Below are positions 16,858-24,212 of a stretch of DNA of 52,548 nt, piece after piece (within the stretch, counting starts at the first letter, position 1; each line of letters opens with the position of its first letter). The stretch comes from a virus, in IMG/VR virus record IMGVR_UViG_3300000557_000001; one strand, 5' to 3'. The translations under genes were made by a program, and so were the position numbers. The notes beneath the pieces are model-generated. The model was given only the letters and a program-made list of their open reading frames with translations. It made no database searches and was not told the origin of the DNA.

Positions 16858-18633
16858 GTGCCTGAAATTGGCTTTCATGTTTGGCTTTATTATCGCAAAA
16901 AAGGCGAAGAAGAATGGAACAGCGTTGAAGTTGACGATCACATGGTTGGCGACACGTGGGAGTATTTCGATCACCTTCTGGAAGGCTTGGATCTTGGTTA
17001 TGAATATGAATATGAGTGGGCTTTCCTTGATCTTAATAAATACGATTGGCATTATGGCGGCGTGCAAACGTTTGAAACGCAAGAAATTATTGTAGAAGGT
17101 GCAGCGGATGGATCCGGCGTTGGATCGGCCACGGCAGAAGGCCGGCGCGTTGTGCATGGCGAAGCAGACGGATCCGGTGCAGGGCAGGCGGCAGCAGAAG
17201 CGAATGTTATAGGTATTCACAAAGGCGCCGCAAGTGGATCCGGGGCCGGGCAGGCCACGGCTGACAGTCGGGCGGTTGTTAGTGCTGCAGCAAGCGGCAG
17301 CGGTGCTGGGGCTGCAACTTCTAAAGGAACCGTGATTGCGATTATACTTGCGCAGGCGGACGGCTCCGGTGCAGGTGCCGGGCAGGCGCAGGGCAAGAGC
17401 TTAATTCTGGCCGCCGCTTCCGGTTCTGCGCAGGCAGGCGCGCACGCGGACGGGCAGGCGCGCATATACGCAAGCGCGCGCGGCTCCGCGCAGGCAGGCG
17501 CGCACGCGGACGCGCTGCTTAAAATATACGCGGAAGCTTCCGGCTTCGGGCTTGGTTCCGGGTTAGCTTCCGGGAATGTTATAGGCTTTTATCGGGGCGC
17601 AGCAAGTGGATCCGGTGCAGGCGCCGGGCAGGCCGACGGGCTGGTTAACGTGCAGGCGTTTGCGCTGGGCGTTGCAAAAGGAACCGCTGCAGCGGACAGC
17701 AAGGTTACTGTTAAGGCAGCAGCAAGCGGATCCGGGCGTGGAACCGGCGTTGGCCGCGGATCGTTTATAGGCTTTAAACAGGGCCGCGGCAAGGGCCACG
17801 GGATCGGCAGTGCTGCAGCAGACGGCAAGGTTACTGTTAAGGCGCAGGCCGCCGGCAGCGGCACGGCTGAAAGTTTGGCCGTTGGCCGCTTACAGGTGCC
17901 GGCGCAGGCCACGGGATCGGCCGCCGGGCAGGCAGCAGCAAAAGGCTTGCGCGTTGTGCTGGGCAGCGCTAAAGGTGCCGGCGTTGCAGCCGGGCAGGCA
18001 GAAGGCCGGGCGGTTACGACAGCCGCCGCGACAGGAGCAGGACGTGGGCTGGGAACCGCTGACAGCTTAATGCTAATCCCGGCAAGCGCGGCAGGATCGG
18101 GCTTTGCGGCCGGATCTGCAGCCGGCAAGGTTTACCAGCAGGCAGCCGCGACAGGTGCCGCGACAGGAGCCGGACGTGCTGACGCTTACCTTGAAATATA
18201 TGCAAAGGCGCACGGTCAAGGGATCGGGATCGGTTTGGCCGACGGCGCGATCTTTGGGATACATGAAGCGGAAGGTTACGGCGCCGGCCGTGGTAAAATG
18301 CGCGCACAGGGCAAGCAGATCGCGACAGGTGCCGCTTCTGGCTCCGGCGTGGGTGTTTGCATAGGCCGTTCCTTATTATTGATTTACGGCCACGCTGGCG
18401 GCGTTGGTGTTGGAAATATGCAAGCTGCTCCGTTGCTGCGCGTTAACGGCAAGGCAGCAGGTGCCGGCGTGGGCAAGGGCTTTGTCTTTGTTGTTCCGCT
18501 GCCGGTTGTGGAGCTATATGGCAAGCTTTATCCAGAAGTGGACTTAACGGCTGCGCTGGTTGAACAGGCGCCGCTTTACGGACTTATACAGGCAGAAATT
18601 AAACTGGTTGCAAAGTTTGCGAAAACCGGTTAA
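16858..18633 (+). CDS. Ala/Gly-rich repeat protein (about 23 x 20 aa), predicted fibre or beta-solenoid
   Basis: GTG 16858, 8 nt after AGGAGG (track start 16849 overlaps the SD); N-terminal ~85-aa globular part, then periodic units such as AASGSGAGxGQAxGxhxh. Confidence 0.7.
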   Translation: MPEIGFHVWLYYRKKGEEEWNSVEVDDHMVGDTWEYFDHLLEGLDLGYEYEYEWAFLDLNKYDWHYGGVQTFETQEIIVEGAADGSGVGSATAEGRRVVHGEADGSGAGQAAAEANVIGIHKGAASGSGAGQATADSRAVVSAAASGSGAGAATSKGTVIAIILAQADGSGAGAGQAQGKSLILAAASGSAQAGAHADGQARIYASARGSAQAGAHADALLKIYAEASGFGLGSGLASGNVIGFYRGAASGSGAGAGQADGLVNVQAFALGVAKGTAAADSKVTVKAAASGSGRGTGVGRGSFIGFKQGRGKGHGIGSAAADGKVTVKAQAAGSGTAESLAVGRLQVPAQATGSAAGQAAAKGLRVVLGSAKGAGVAAGQAEGRAVTTAAATGAGRGLGTADSLMLIPASAAGSGFAAGSAAGKVYQQAAATGAATGAGRADAYLEIYAKAHGQGIGIGLADGAIFGIHEAEGYGAGRGKMRAQGKQIATGAASGSGVGVCIGRSLLLIYGHAGGVGVGNMQAAPLLRVNGKAAGAGVGKGFVFVVPLPVVELYGKLYPEVDLTAALVEQAPLYGLIQAEIKLVAKFAKTG

Positions 18634-18661
18634 AATTGCACAAAGGGAGGGATTTTATAAA

Positions 18662-18976
18662 ATGAGCGTTGTTAGGAACCAGAACTTTGAGCTTTATGCC
18701 GGCGATGATAAGCGGCTGCGCTTTAAGGTGCAGGACGCCGAAACGTTGGATCATGGCTCGGCCGTTTGGGCTTTATCGGAGCGCTTAAGCAGCGAACCTT
18801 TTTTGGAAAAGGATAACGTTTCGCTGCAGGGGAACCTTGCGCTGGTTGATTTAGTGCCGGCGGACACAAACGAACTGCAGGGCAGTTATTATCACGAATT
18901 AAAGGTTACGATTGAAGGGAAGCAGCATACAGTCGCTTCCGGAACAATGGTTGTTCACCCAGTTATAATCAATTAA
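18662..18976 (+). CDS. Hypothetical small beta-rich protein
   Basis: 104 aa from ATG 18662 behind SD AAAGGGAGGG (track start 18560 lies inside the previous gene). Confidence 0.6.
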   Translation: MSVVRNQNFELYAGDDKRLRFKVQDAETLDHGSAVWALSERLSSEPFLEKDNVSLQGNLALVDLVPADTNELQGSYYHELKVTIEGKQHTVASGTMVVHPVIIN

Positions 18977-18991
18977 AGGGAGGGCTTGTTT

Positions 18992-19540
18992 ATGCAAGCG
19001 ATTTATCTTGCAGGTGCAATCAGTGAAGTTTCGCCTGAATACGCGGTTGGATGGCGCAGGGCGGCAGGGAGTTATTTAGAAAGGGCAGGCTTTAAGGTGT
19101 TTGACCCGACAAGCGGAAAGGATTTAACGCTGCCGGGCATTAACACGGATTATTATACTCCGGAGGGCATTGTAGAAGCAGACCTTGACGCTATATGGCA
19201 AAGTGATATAATACTTGCGGAAATAGCTTTAAAGGGCGTTGCTTACCACGGAACCAGCATGGAGCTTGCGTATGCTTACAACTGGAACAAGCTGGTTTTC
19301 GTTTGGGGCGGCGCGACCTCTTACTGGGTGCGATACCATGCCACGGAAATTTTCGATGAATTGACGGAAGCACTGGAAAGGATTGCAGCATTAAAGGTGC
19401 TTTGTGCGCCGGTTAACACAAAGGAGGAATTAAAGTTTGGACAACGAAACACGCAGAAAAAAGGTTTGGGATCTTTACTTACAGGGAGAAAGCTACAATG
19501 CGATCGGTTCAGAACTGGGCTTGAGCTTCCATCAAGTTAA
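18992..19540 (+). CDS. Nucleoside 2-deoxyribosyltransferase-like / dNMP N-glycosidase-like protein
   Basis: IYLAGAIS at the N-terminus and HGTSMELAYAYNWNKLVFVW (catalytic Glu context); the 3' ~100 nt overlap the next gene. Confidence 0.65.
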   Translation: MQAIYLAGAISEVSPEYAVGWRRAAGSYLERAGFKVFDPTSGKDLTLPGINTDYYTPEGIVEADLDAIWQSDIILAEIALKGVAYHGTSMELAYAYNWNKLVFVWGGATSYWVRYHATEIFDELTEALERIAALKVLCAPVNTKEELKFGQRNTQKKGLGSLLTGRKLQCDRFRTGLELPSS

Positions 19541-20597
19541 AGGGATCATTGGCAGGGCAAAGGAGCAGGCCAAAAAACACGGGCAAGCGTTCCGGCCAAA
19601 AAGAACCGTTGAACAGGAGCAGCAGGAAGAACCGTTTACCATGCAAGAACTTAACGAGCAGCTTTATAGCTTTTTAGCAAAGCCACGGGCTGCGGAGGAC
19701 ATAAAGCAGCGTTTCGGGATCAGCGACCGCGTGCTGGAAGCCGCCGTTGCGGATCTGCAGGAAGAAGGAAAGCTGGTTGAATATAATGACGGCGTTTACA
19801 GGCTGCAGAAGGATCTTGCGCCGGTAGATATACCGGTGCATGACGCAGGCTGGCAGGGCGACCGGATTATACGGTTCGGCGTTGCAAGCGATAAGCACTT
19901 TAACAGCAAATTTGCACAGATTACGAACATGAACCGGCTTTATGATGTATTTGAACAGGAAGGGATCGAAAACGTTTATGATCCGGGCGATCTGGATGAA
20001 GGCGAAAAAATGCGCAAGGGCCACGAATACGAATGCTATAATCAAGGCGCGGATGATCACGTTGAAGAAGTGGTTAAAAACCACCCACGGCGCACAGTTA
20101 ACGGCCGGCCGATGAAAACTTACTTTATAACAGGGAACCATGACTTGAGCTTTGTTAAGCGCAGCGGCTTGGATATTGGCAGCATGATCGCAAACAAGCG
20201 CGATGACATGGTTTATTTAGGGCAAAGCTGGGCGCTGATTAACTTGACCCCGACCTGCACTATGGAACTTCGCCATCCGGCCGATGCCACGGCATACGCG
20301 ATCAGCTACAAAACGCAGAAGATGATCGATGCCATGTTCGGCGGCGAAAAGCCGAATATATTGGTTGTGGGTCATTATCACAAAGCAGAATATTTATTTT
20401 ACCGCAACGTTCACGCTATACAGGCCGGCTGCCTGCAGGGCCAGACGCCTTTTATGCGGAACAAAGGGCTGGCGGCCATGATGGGCGGATGGATTGTAGA
20501 AATCCGCGTGGATGATGAAGGCGGCGTTGATCGCATAAAGCTTGAGTTTGTTCCGTTTTACTATACGCAGAAGGACGATTATTTAAACTTTAGGTAA
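19437..20597 (+). CDS. HTH domain fused to a calcineurin-like metallophosphoesterase
   Basis: 386 aa, TTG start 9 nt after AAGGAGG; HTH YLQGESYNAIGSELGLSFHQVKGII; SDKHFNS, DPGDLDEG, ITGNHD, VVGHYHK. Confidence 0.7.
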   Translation: MDNETRRKKVWDLYLQGESYNAIGSELGLSFHQVKGIIGRAKEQAKKHGQAFRPKRTVEQEQQEEPFTMQELNEQLYSFLAKPRAAEDIKQRFGISDRVLEAAVADLQEEGKLVEYNDGVYRLQKDLAPVDIPVHDAGWQGDRIIRFGVASDKHFNSKFAQITNMNRLYDVFEQEGIENVYDPGDLDEGEKMRKGHEYECYNQGADDHVEEVVKNHPRRTVNGRPMKTYFITGNHDLSFVKRSGLDIGSMIANKRDDMVYLGQSWALINLTPTCTMELRHPADATAYAISYKTQKMIDAMFGGEKPNILVVGHYHKAEYLFYRNVHAIQAGCLQGQTPFMRNKGLAAMMGGWIVEIRVDDEGGVDRIKLEFVPFYYTQKDDYLNFR

Positions 20598-20614
20598 AAG
20601 GAGGTGAAAAAGCA

Positions 20615-20935
20615 ATGGCTGAATTTTTTGATTTTGTTTTAAGTTACTGGGGATTGATTGGTTTAGCGTTGATCTTTGTGCTAAAGGCGATCTTTGACTG
20701 GGAAGCTACAAAAAAGCGGATTCGGGATTTGATCTTTTTAGCTGAAGAATTAGCGCAAAAGAAGATCCTTGAAACTGGGAAGGAAAAGTTTGAATGGGTG
20801 AAAAATAACGGATACGCTTACCTTCCGAAGTGGCTTAAACTGGTTATTAGCGAAGAACTGTTTGAAAAAATAGTGCAAAACATTTTCGATCGGATCAAAG
20901 AGTGGGCAAAAGGCGAAGATTTGATCGAAGAATAA
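20615..20935 (+). CDS. Holin candidate (LL-H-family-like: one N-terminal TM helix plus helical tail)
   Basis: 106 aa; SYWGLIGLALIFVLKAIF TM; layout resembles LL-H holins as I remember them; last gene before the strong terminator. Confidence 0.45.
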   Translation: MAEFFDFVLSYWGLIGLALIFVLKAIFDWEATKKRIRDLIFLAEELAQKKILETGKEKFEWVKNNGYAYLPKWLKLVISEELFEKIVQNIFDRIKEWAKGEDLIEE

Positions 20936-20966
20936 GGCTCCCTTCCCTTTAGGGTTCCCTTATATG

Positions 20967-20997
20967 CCGCCGTGCTGCAAGGCGCGGCGGTTTTTTT
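20967..20997 (+). terminator. Rho-independent terminator ending the late transcription unit
   Basis: 9-bp stem CCGCCGTGC/GCGCGGCGG (one G:U), 6-nt loop, followed by T7. Confidence 0.85.
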
Positions 20998-21039
20998 ATG
21001 TTTTTCTTGGACTTTACAGGCCGCCGGGCAACGTTTACA

Positions 21040-21102
21040 ATAAAAAAAGCAGAAAAAATCAAAAAAAATCATAAAAAAAATAAAAAAAAATCCAGTTTTT
21101 TT
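21040..21102. other. Phased A-tracts (A7, A6, A8, A8, A9) followed by T7; intrinsically bent DNA / UP-element-like region
   Basis: CAATAAAAAAAGCAGAAAAAATCAAAAAAAATCATAAAAAAAATAAAAAAAAATCCAGTTTTTTT between the late terminator and the early promoter. Confidence 0.6.
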
Positions 21103-21200
21103 GCTTGCAAGAATAAGAAATGCCTTAACCACGGGCTTTTCGGGGAACAAGAAGATGTCCGGGGAAGTTAAAAAAAACACGAAAAAAGTGGGTGAAACCC

Positions 21201-21229
21201 TTTACAAGGTGCAAAGGGCATGTTATTAT
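21201..21229 (+). promoter_or_regulatory. Sigma70-type early promoter candidate
   Basis: TTTACA - 17 nt - TATTAT. Confidence 0.55.
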
Positions 21230-21236
21230 ATAATTA

Positions 21237-21564
21237 GAGCAAGGGCAAAACAGAAAGACAAGCAAGACCGAACCTTGAAAACAGAATAGCCGCCGCAAGC
21301 CGGGAAGACCCTAAGAGCCGGCCACAGCCAAAAGGCTGACGGGAGCAGGAACCGCGAAAGACCGGTAGGGCAAACAGAAGGGCGGAGGCAAAACTGGCAG
21401 AAAGAAGCCACGGGTGGCGCCGATAAGGAGCTGGGGAGCCGAGAGGTTTTAAAAGGAAAACACGGCGCAAGAGCCGCAAGCAAGAGCAGGCGAAAATGGC
21501 GTTGGACAGGTAAACGACACCCCGAACGGAGCAGCCGGGTTGCAACGGTTGTTAAACATAGTGA
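21237..21564 (+). ncRNA. T-depleted purine-rich untranslated leader / candidate non-coding RNA
   Basis: No + strand ORF >=60 aa; 19 T in 21241-21540 (hand count); bounded by the promoter at 21201 and hammerhead A. Confidence 0.3.
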
Positions 21565-21640
21565 GCCGAAAACGGGCGGCAGTTAAGCTGCCGCCGTTAC
21601 ATTGCCGATTAGCCGCGGCAGTGCTGATGATGGCAGGCTA
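21565..21640 (+). ncRNA. Type II hammerhead ribozyme candidate A (predicted cleavage after 21599)
   Basis: GCC-GAA-[AACGGGCGGCAG..CTGCCGCCGTT]-A-[CATTGCCG..CGGCAGTG]-CTGATGA-t-GGC; stem I loop TAGCC can pair with GGCTA at 21636-21640. Confidence 0.75.
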
Positions 21641-21667
21641 AACAAAACTTTTAAAGGGGTGCTGAAA

Positions 21668-22513
21668 ATGAAAAAGATCGTTAACAGCTTTAATGAAGAA
21701 AGAACTTTTGGAGTAGAGATTGAGTTTGTGCATAACAACGCGGAGCAGGTTGCAGCTAAAGTGAGGGAATACGGGTTGGATTGCAGGGTTGAACATTATA
21801 ACCACGAAGATCGAACATGGTGGAAGATTGTTACCGACGCAAGCGTGCAGGCGCGGAACGGCCAGATTGGCCGCGGACTTGAAATTGTTAGCCCGATTTT
21901 AAAAGGCCGCGAAGGGCTTGCAGAAATTGAAACTGTTTGCGCCGCGCTGGAACAAGCTGGCGCCGACGTTAACGTTACAGCCGGCTTGCACGTGCATCAC
22001 GACGCAAGCGATTTTAACGTAAACAGCTTTAAAAACATAACCTTACTTTATACCCGTTACGAAAAAACAATAGACAGTTTAATGCCGCGCAGCCGCCGGG
22101 CAAACGGGAACCAATATTGCAAGAGCTTGTTTGATGCCCGGATGGGCAGCTTTAGCAGCGACGAAGCGTTTATGAATTGGATTTACAATGCCAGCAGCAC
22201 TGACCAACTGTTAAACTTTTTTACAGACCGGTTTTTAAAGCTTAACTTAAGGGCTTACCGGGCGCACAGCACGGTTGAATTTAGGCAGCACAGCGGAACG
22301 GTTGAAGCGCCGAAAATTATAAACTGGATTAAGTTAACGCAAGCAATGGTTAACAAGGCGACTGACCGCAACGTTTTGAACCCCAAAAACGTTGACGATA
22401 GCTGGAAAAGCTTTAAGAAAGCCGTTGCACTGACCGGATACCGCGGCGCTGACGAAGAACTGCAGCAAGTGCAGAAATTTTACGGCAAGCGCCAGAAGCA
22501 GTTAGCAAGCTAA
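21668..22513 (+). CDS. Amidoligase (glutamine synthetase-fold, Amidoligase_2-type)
   Basis: ATG 21668 behind AAAGGGGTG; RTFGVEIEF, GLEIVSPIL, AGLHVHHD. Confidence 0.75.
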   Translation: MKKIVNSFNEERTFGVEIEFVHNNAEQVAAKVREYGLDCRVEHYNHEDRTWWKIVTDASVQARNGQIGRGLEIVSPILKGREGLAEIETVCAALEQAGADVNVTAGLHVHHDASDFNVNSFKNITLLYTRYEKTIDSLMPRSRRANGNQYCKSLFDARMGSFSSDEAFMNWIYNASSTDQLLNFFTDRFLKLNLRAYRAHSTVEFRQHSGTVEAPKIINWIKLTQAMVNKATDRNVLNPKNVDDSWKSFKKAVALTGYRGADEELQQVQKFYGKRQKQLAS

Positions 22514-22516
22514 CAA

Positions 22517-22584
22517 GGCGAAAGCAGCGCGCACGACCGGCGCTGCTCTGCAGCGGTGGCGCCGCTGCACTGATGAGCCAGCCA
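22517..22584 (+). ncRNA. Type II hammerhead ribozyme candidate B (predicted cleavage after 22548)
   Basis: GGC-GAA-[AGCAGCGC..GCGCTGCT]-C-[TGCAGCGG..CCGCTGCA]-CTGATGA-GCC; stem I loop TGGC can pair with GCCA at 22581-22584. Confidence 0.8.
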
Positions 22585-22613
22585 GATAAAAAAAGGGGAA
22601 GGGAGTTGTTAAC

Positions 22614-23099
22614 ATGGAACGGACGGGCGTTAAGTTGGAGGGCATTGAACGGCAGTGGGAATTTATGTTAGCAGGGAACGCGCTGCTTACCATTGAAAAC
22701 GAACAGACCGGCAGCCGTTACACTTACCGGATTAAAGGCCGCAAGACTGGCAACGGCAAGATCCTTTACTTTGTTAACGTTTTAAGCGGCAGCAATAATG
22801 AAACGGATTATAGATACGTTGGAACCATATTTTTTGAAAAGGGCGCTGCAGAGGGTGAGTTTAGGCTTACCAGTAAAAGCAGGGTGAGCGCACAGTGCAA
22901 GAGCTTTAAGGCGTTTTACTGGTTGTTTAATATGCTGCAGCAAGGAAACGCGCTGCCGGAACATATTAACTTTTACCATGCCGGATCTTGCGGCAAGTGC
23001 GGCCGGACTTTAACAGTGCCGGAAAGCATTGAAACCGGACTGGGGCCGCATTGCCGGCAGAACATTGGAACAAGCGGATTGCGGACACTGGCAAGCTAA
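22614..23099 (+). CDS. Hypothetical protein with C-terminal CxxC..GxGPxC zinc-ribbon-like motif
   Basis: 161 aa; SD GGGAAGGGAG; SCGKCGRTLTVPESIETGLGPHCR. Confidence 0.6.
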   Translation: MERTGVKLEGIERQWEFMLAGNALLTIENEQTGSRYTYRIKGRKTGNGKILYFVNVLSGSNNETDYRYVGTIFFEKGAAEGEFRLTSKSRVSAQCKSFKAFYWLFNMLQQGNALPEHINFYHAGSCGKCGRTLTVPESIETGLGPHCRQNIGTSGLRTLAS

Positions 23100-23116
23100 A
23101 AAAGGAGGGATTGTTA

Positions 23117-23371
23117 ATGATTTACATTTTATTGGAAACAGGAAAATGGTATAAGGGCGAAACTTGTTTGGACTTGGTTAAAGCACTGCGCGACGCGACT
23201 TGGATGGTTGAAAACAATATACGTTATATGGAAGGCGTTGCGCAGCGCTGCCGGATCTGGAACGGTGATGTGCTGCAGTTTAACAATGAAGATGAATTTG
23301 TTGCAGAACTGCTGCGCGCTGGCGTTATTAAAGAAATGGTTGTTAAGGAGGAAGATACGGTTAATGGATAG
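23117..23371 (+). CDS. Hypothetical protein
   Basis: 84 aa from ATG 23117, 7 nt after AAAGGAGGG. Confidence 0.55.
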   Translation: MIYILLETGKWYKGETCLDLVKALRDATWMVENNIRYMEGVAQRCRIWNGDVLQFNNEDEFVAELLRAGVIKEMVVKEEDTVNG

Positions 23372-23481
23372 GGCGCAGCGGTTGACAGGCGGCCGCTGCC
23401 GCCTTATAAGTGCAGCCGGGGCCGGTTGCATTTATAAGGCGCTTAAAACGCCTTAAAATCAATTTTAAAGGGGTGCTGACA

Positions 23482-23808
23482 ATGACTGAAAGGGAATTGC
23501 AAGTATTGGAGATCAGGGAACGGATTGCAAGGGAAAAGCTGGTTGAAAGTATTAAAGACGCAGTTGATACGATTAATAGGTTTGCCGGTGAAGGCAGCCG
23601 TTACGTTGAACGCTTGGAAGAACAGGACGATCGCGTTGCAATATGGGAGCGCGCAAGCTGGTTTATTAACCACGTAAATAATATGAGCTTTAATATACCG
23701 CTTGACCGGATCGCGCGCGATGCTGCAGAACTGGCAAAAATACAGGGCATGAAGCAGCAGCTTGATAACGAAATAAACCGTAAAAGTGAAGAAGAAGGGC
23801 TTATTTAA
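23482..23808 (+). CDS. Hypothetical coiled-coil protein
   Basis: 108 aa from ATG 23482; its upstream TTTTAAAGGGGTGCTGAcAATG nearly repeats the sequence before 21668. Confidence 0.6.
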   Translation: MTERELQVLEIRERIAREKLVESIKDAVDTINRFAGEGSRYVERLEEQDDRVAIWERASWFINHVNNMSFNIPLDRIARDAAELAKIQGMKQQLDNEINRKSEEEGLI

Positions 23809-23834
23809 CCTAAAATTTTAAGGAGGGCTTTATA

Positions 23835-24212
23835 ATGGCAAGGGCATTGACTGGCGTTAAGGCGCTGCAAAACGAAATTGAACGGAAGGGCAGTTTGGTT
23901 ATAAGCGACGGAACCATGCGGAACAGCGATTTGCTGGAAGCAATGGTTGATTTAGTGCAGGCTTACGATCTGCGGCCAGAATGGCGCAAGGAAGCGGAAC
24001 GGCTGGTTTACGGCGATAATGAAGTGCCGGCGCCGCCGGAAGAAGCGCTTAATGACTGGGATGGTGAATGTTTTGATCAGGCGATAATATTGATCCACGA
24101 AGAAGCGTGGCCTTACTTGGACGAGATTGCCGCCGGCATTGATGCCGACTTTGGGTGCCATCCCGGCGACGGCGCGCTGGTTGGCTTCTTTTATGAAGGA
24201 GTTTTAAAATAG
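23835..24212 (+). CDS. Hypothetical acidic protein
   Basis: 125 aa; SD AAGGAGGG. Confidence 0.6.
   Translation: MARALTGVKALQNEIERKGSLVISDGTMRNSDLLEAMVDLVQAYDLRPEWRKEAERLVYGDNEVPAPPEEALNDWDGECFDQAIILIHEEAWPYLDEIAAGIDADFGCHPGDGALVGFFYEGVLK

Noticed and set aside
17428-17512. 60-nt-spaced identical DNA blocks considered as a mobile element or non-coding tandem repeat
   Set aside because: They are in frame within the Ala/Gly repeat protein and simply reflect its 20-residue periodicity.
21101-21289. 62-aa + strand ORF spanning the early promoter
   Set aside because: It overlaps the predicted -35/-10 elements, has no SD and is Lys/Arg-rich low complexity arising from the A-rich tract. It is probably not translated.
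21226-21545. Two minus-strand ORFs (85 and 103 aa) covering the purine-rich leader
   Set aside because: They are Pro/Ser/Leu/Cys-rich read-outs of the pyrimidine-rich complement. They have no SD, and every other gene is on the + strand. The open frames are explained by the scarcity of A on that strand, which leaves few stop codons.
23372-23481. A fourth hammerhead in the hairpin-rich gap before 23482
   Set aside because: The gap has three hairpins and shares the TTTTAAAGGGGTGCTGA SD context with copy A, but it lacks both the CTGANGA and the GAAA core elements. It may be another RNA structure, but I cannot name it.
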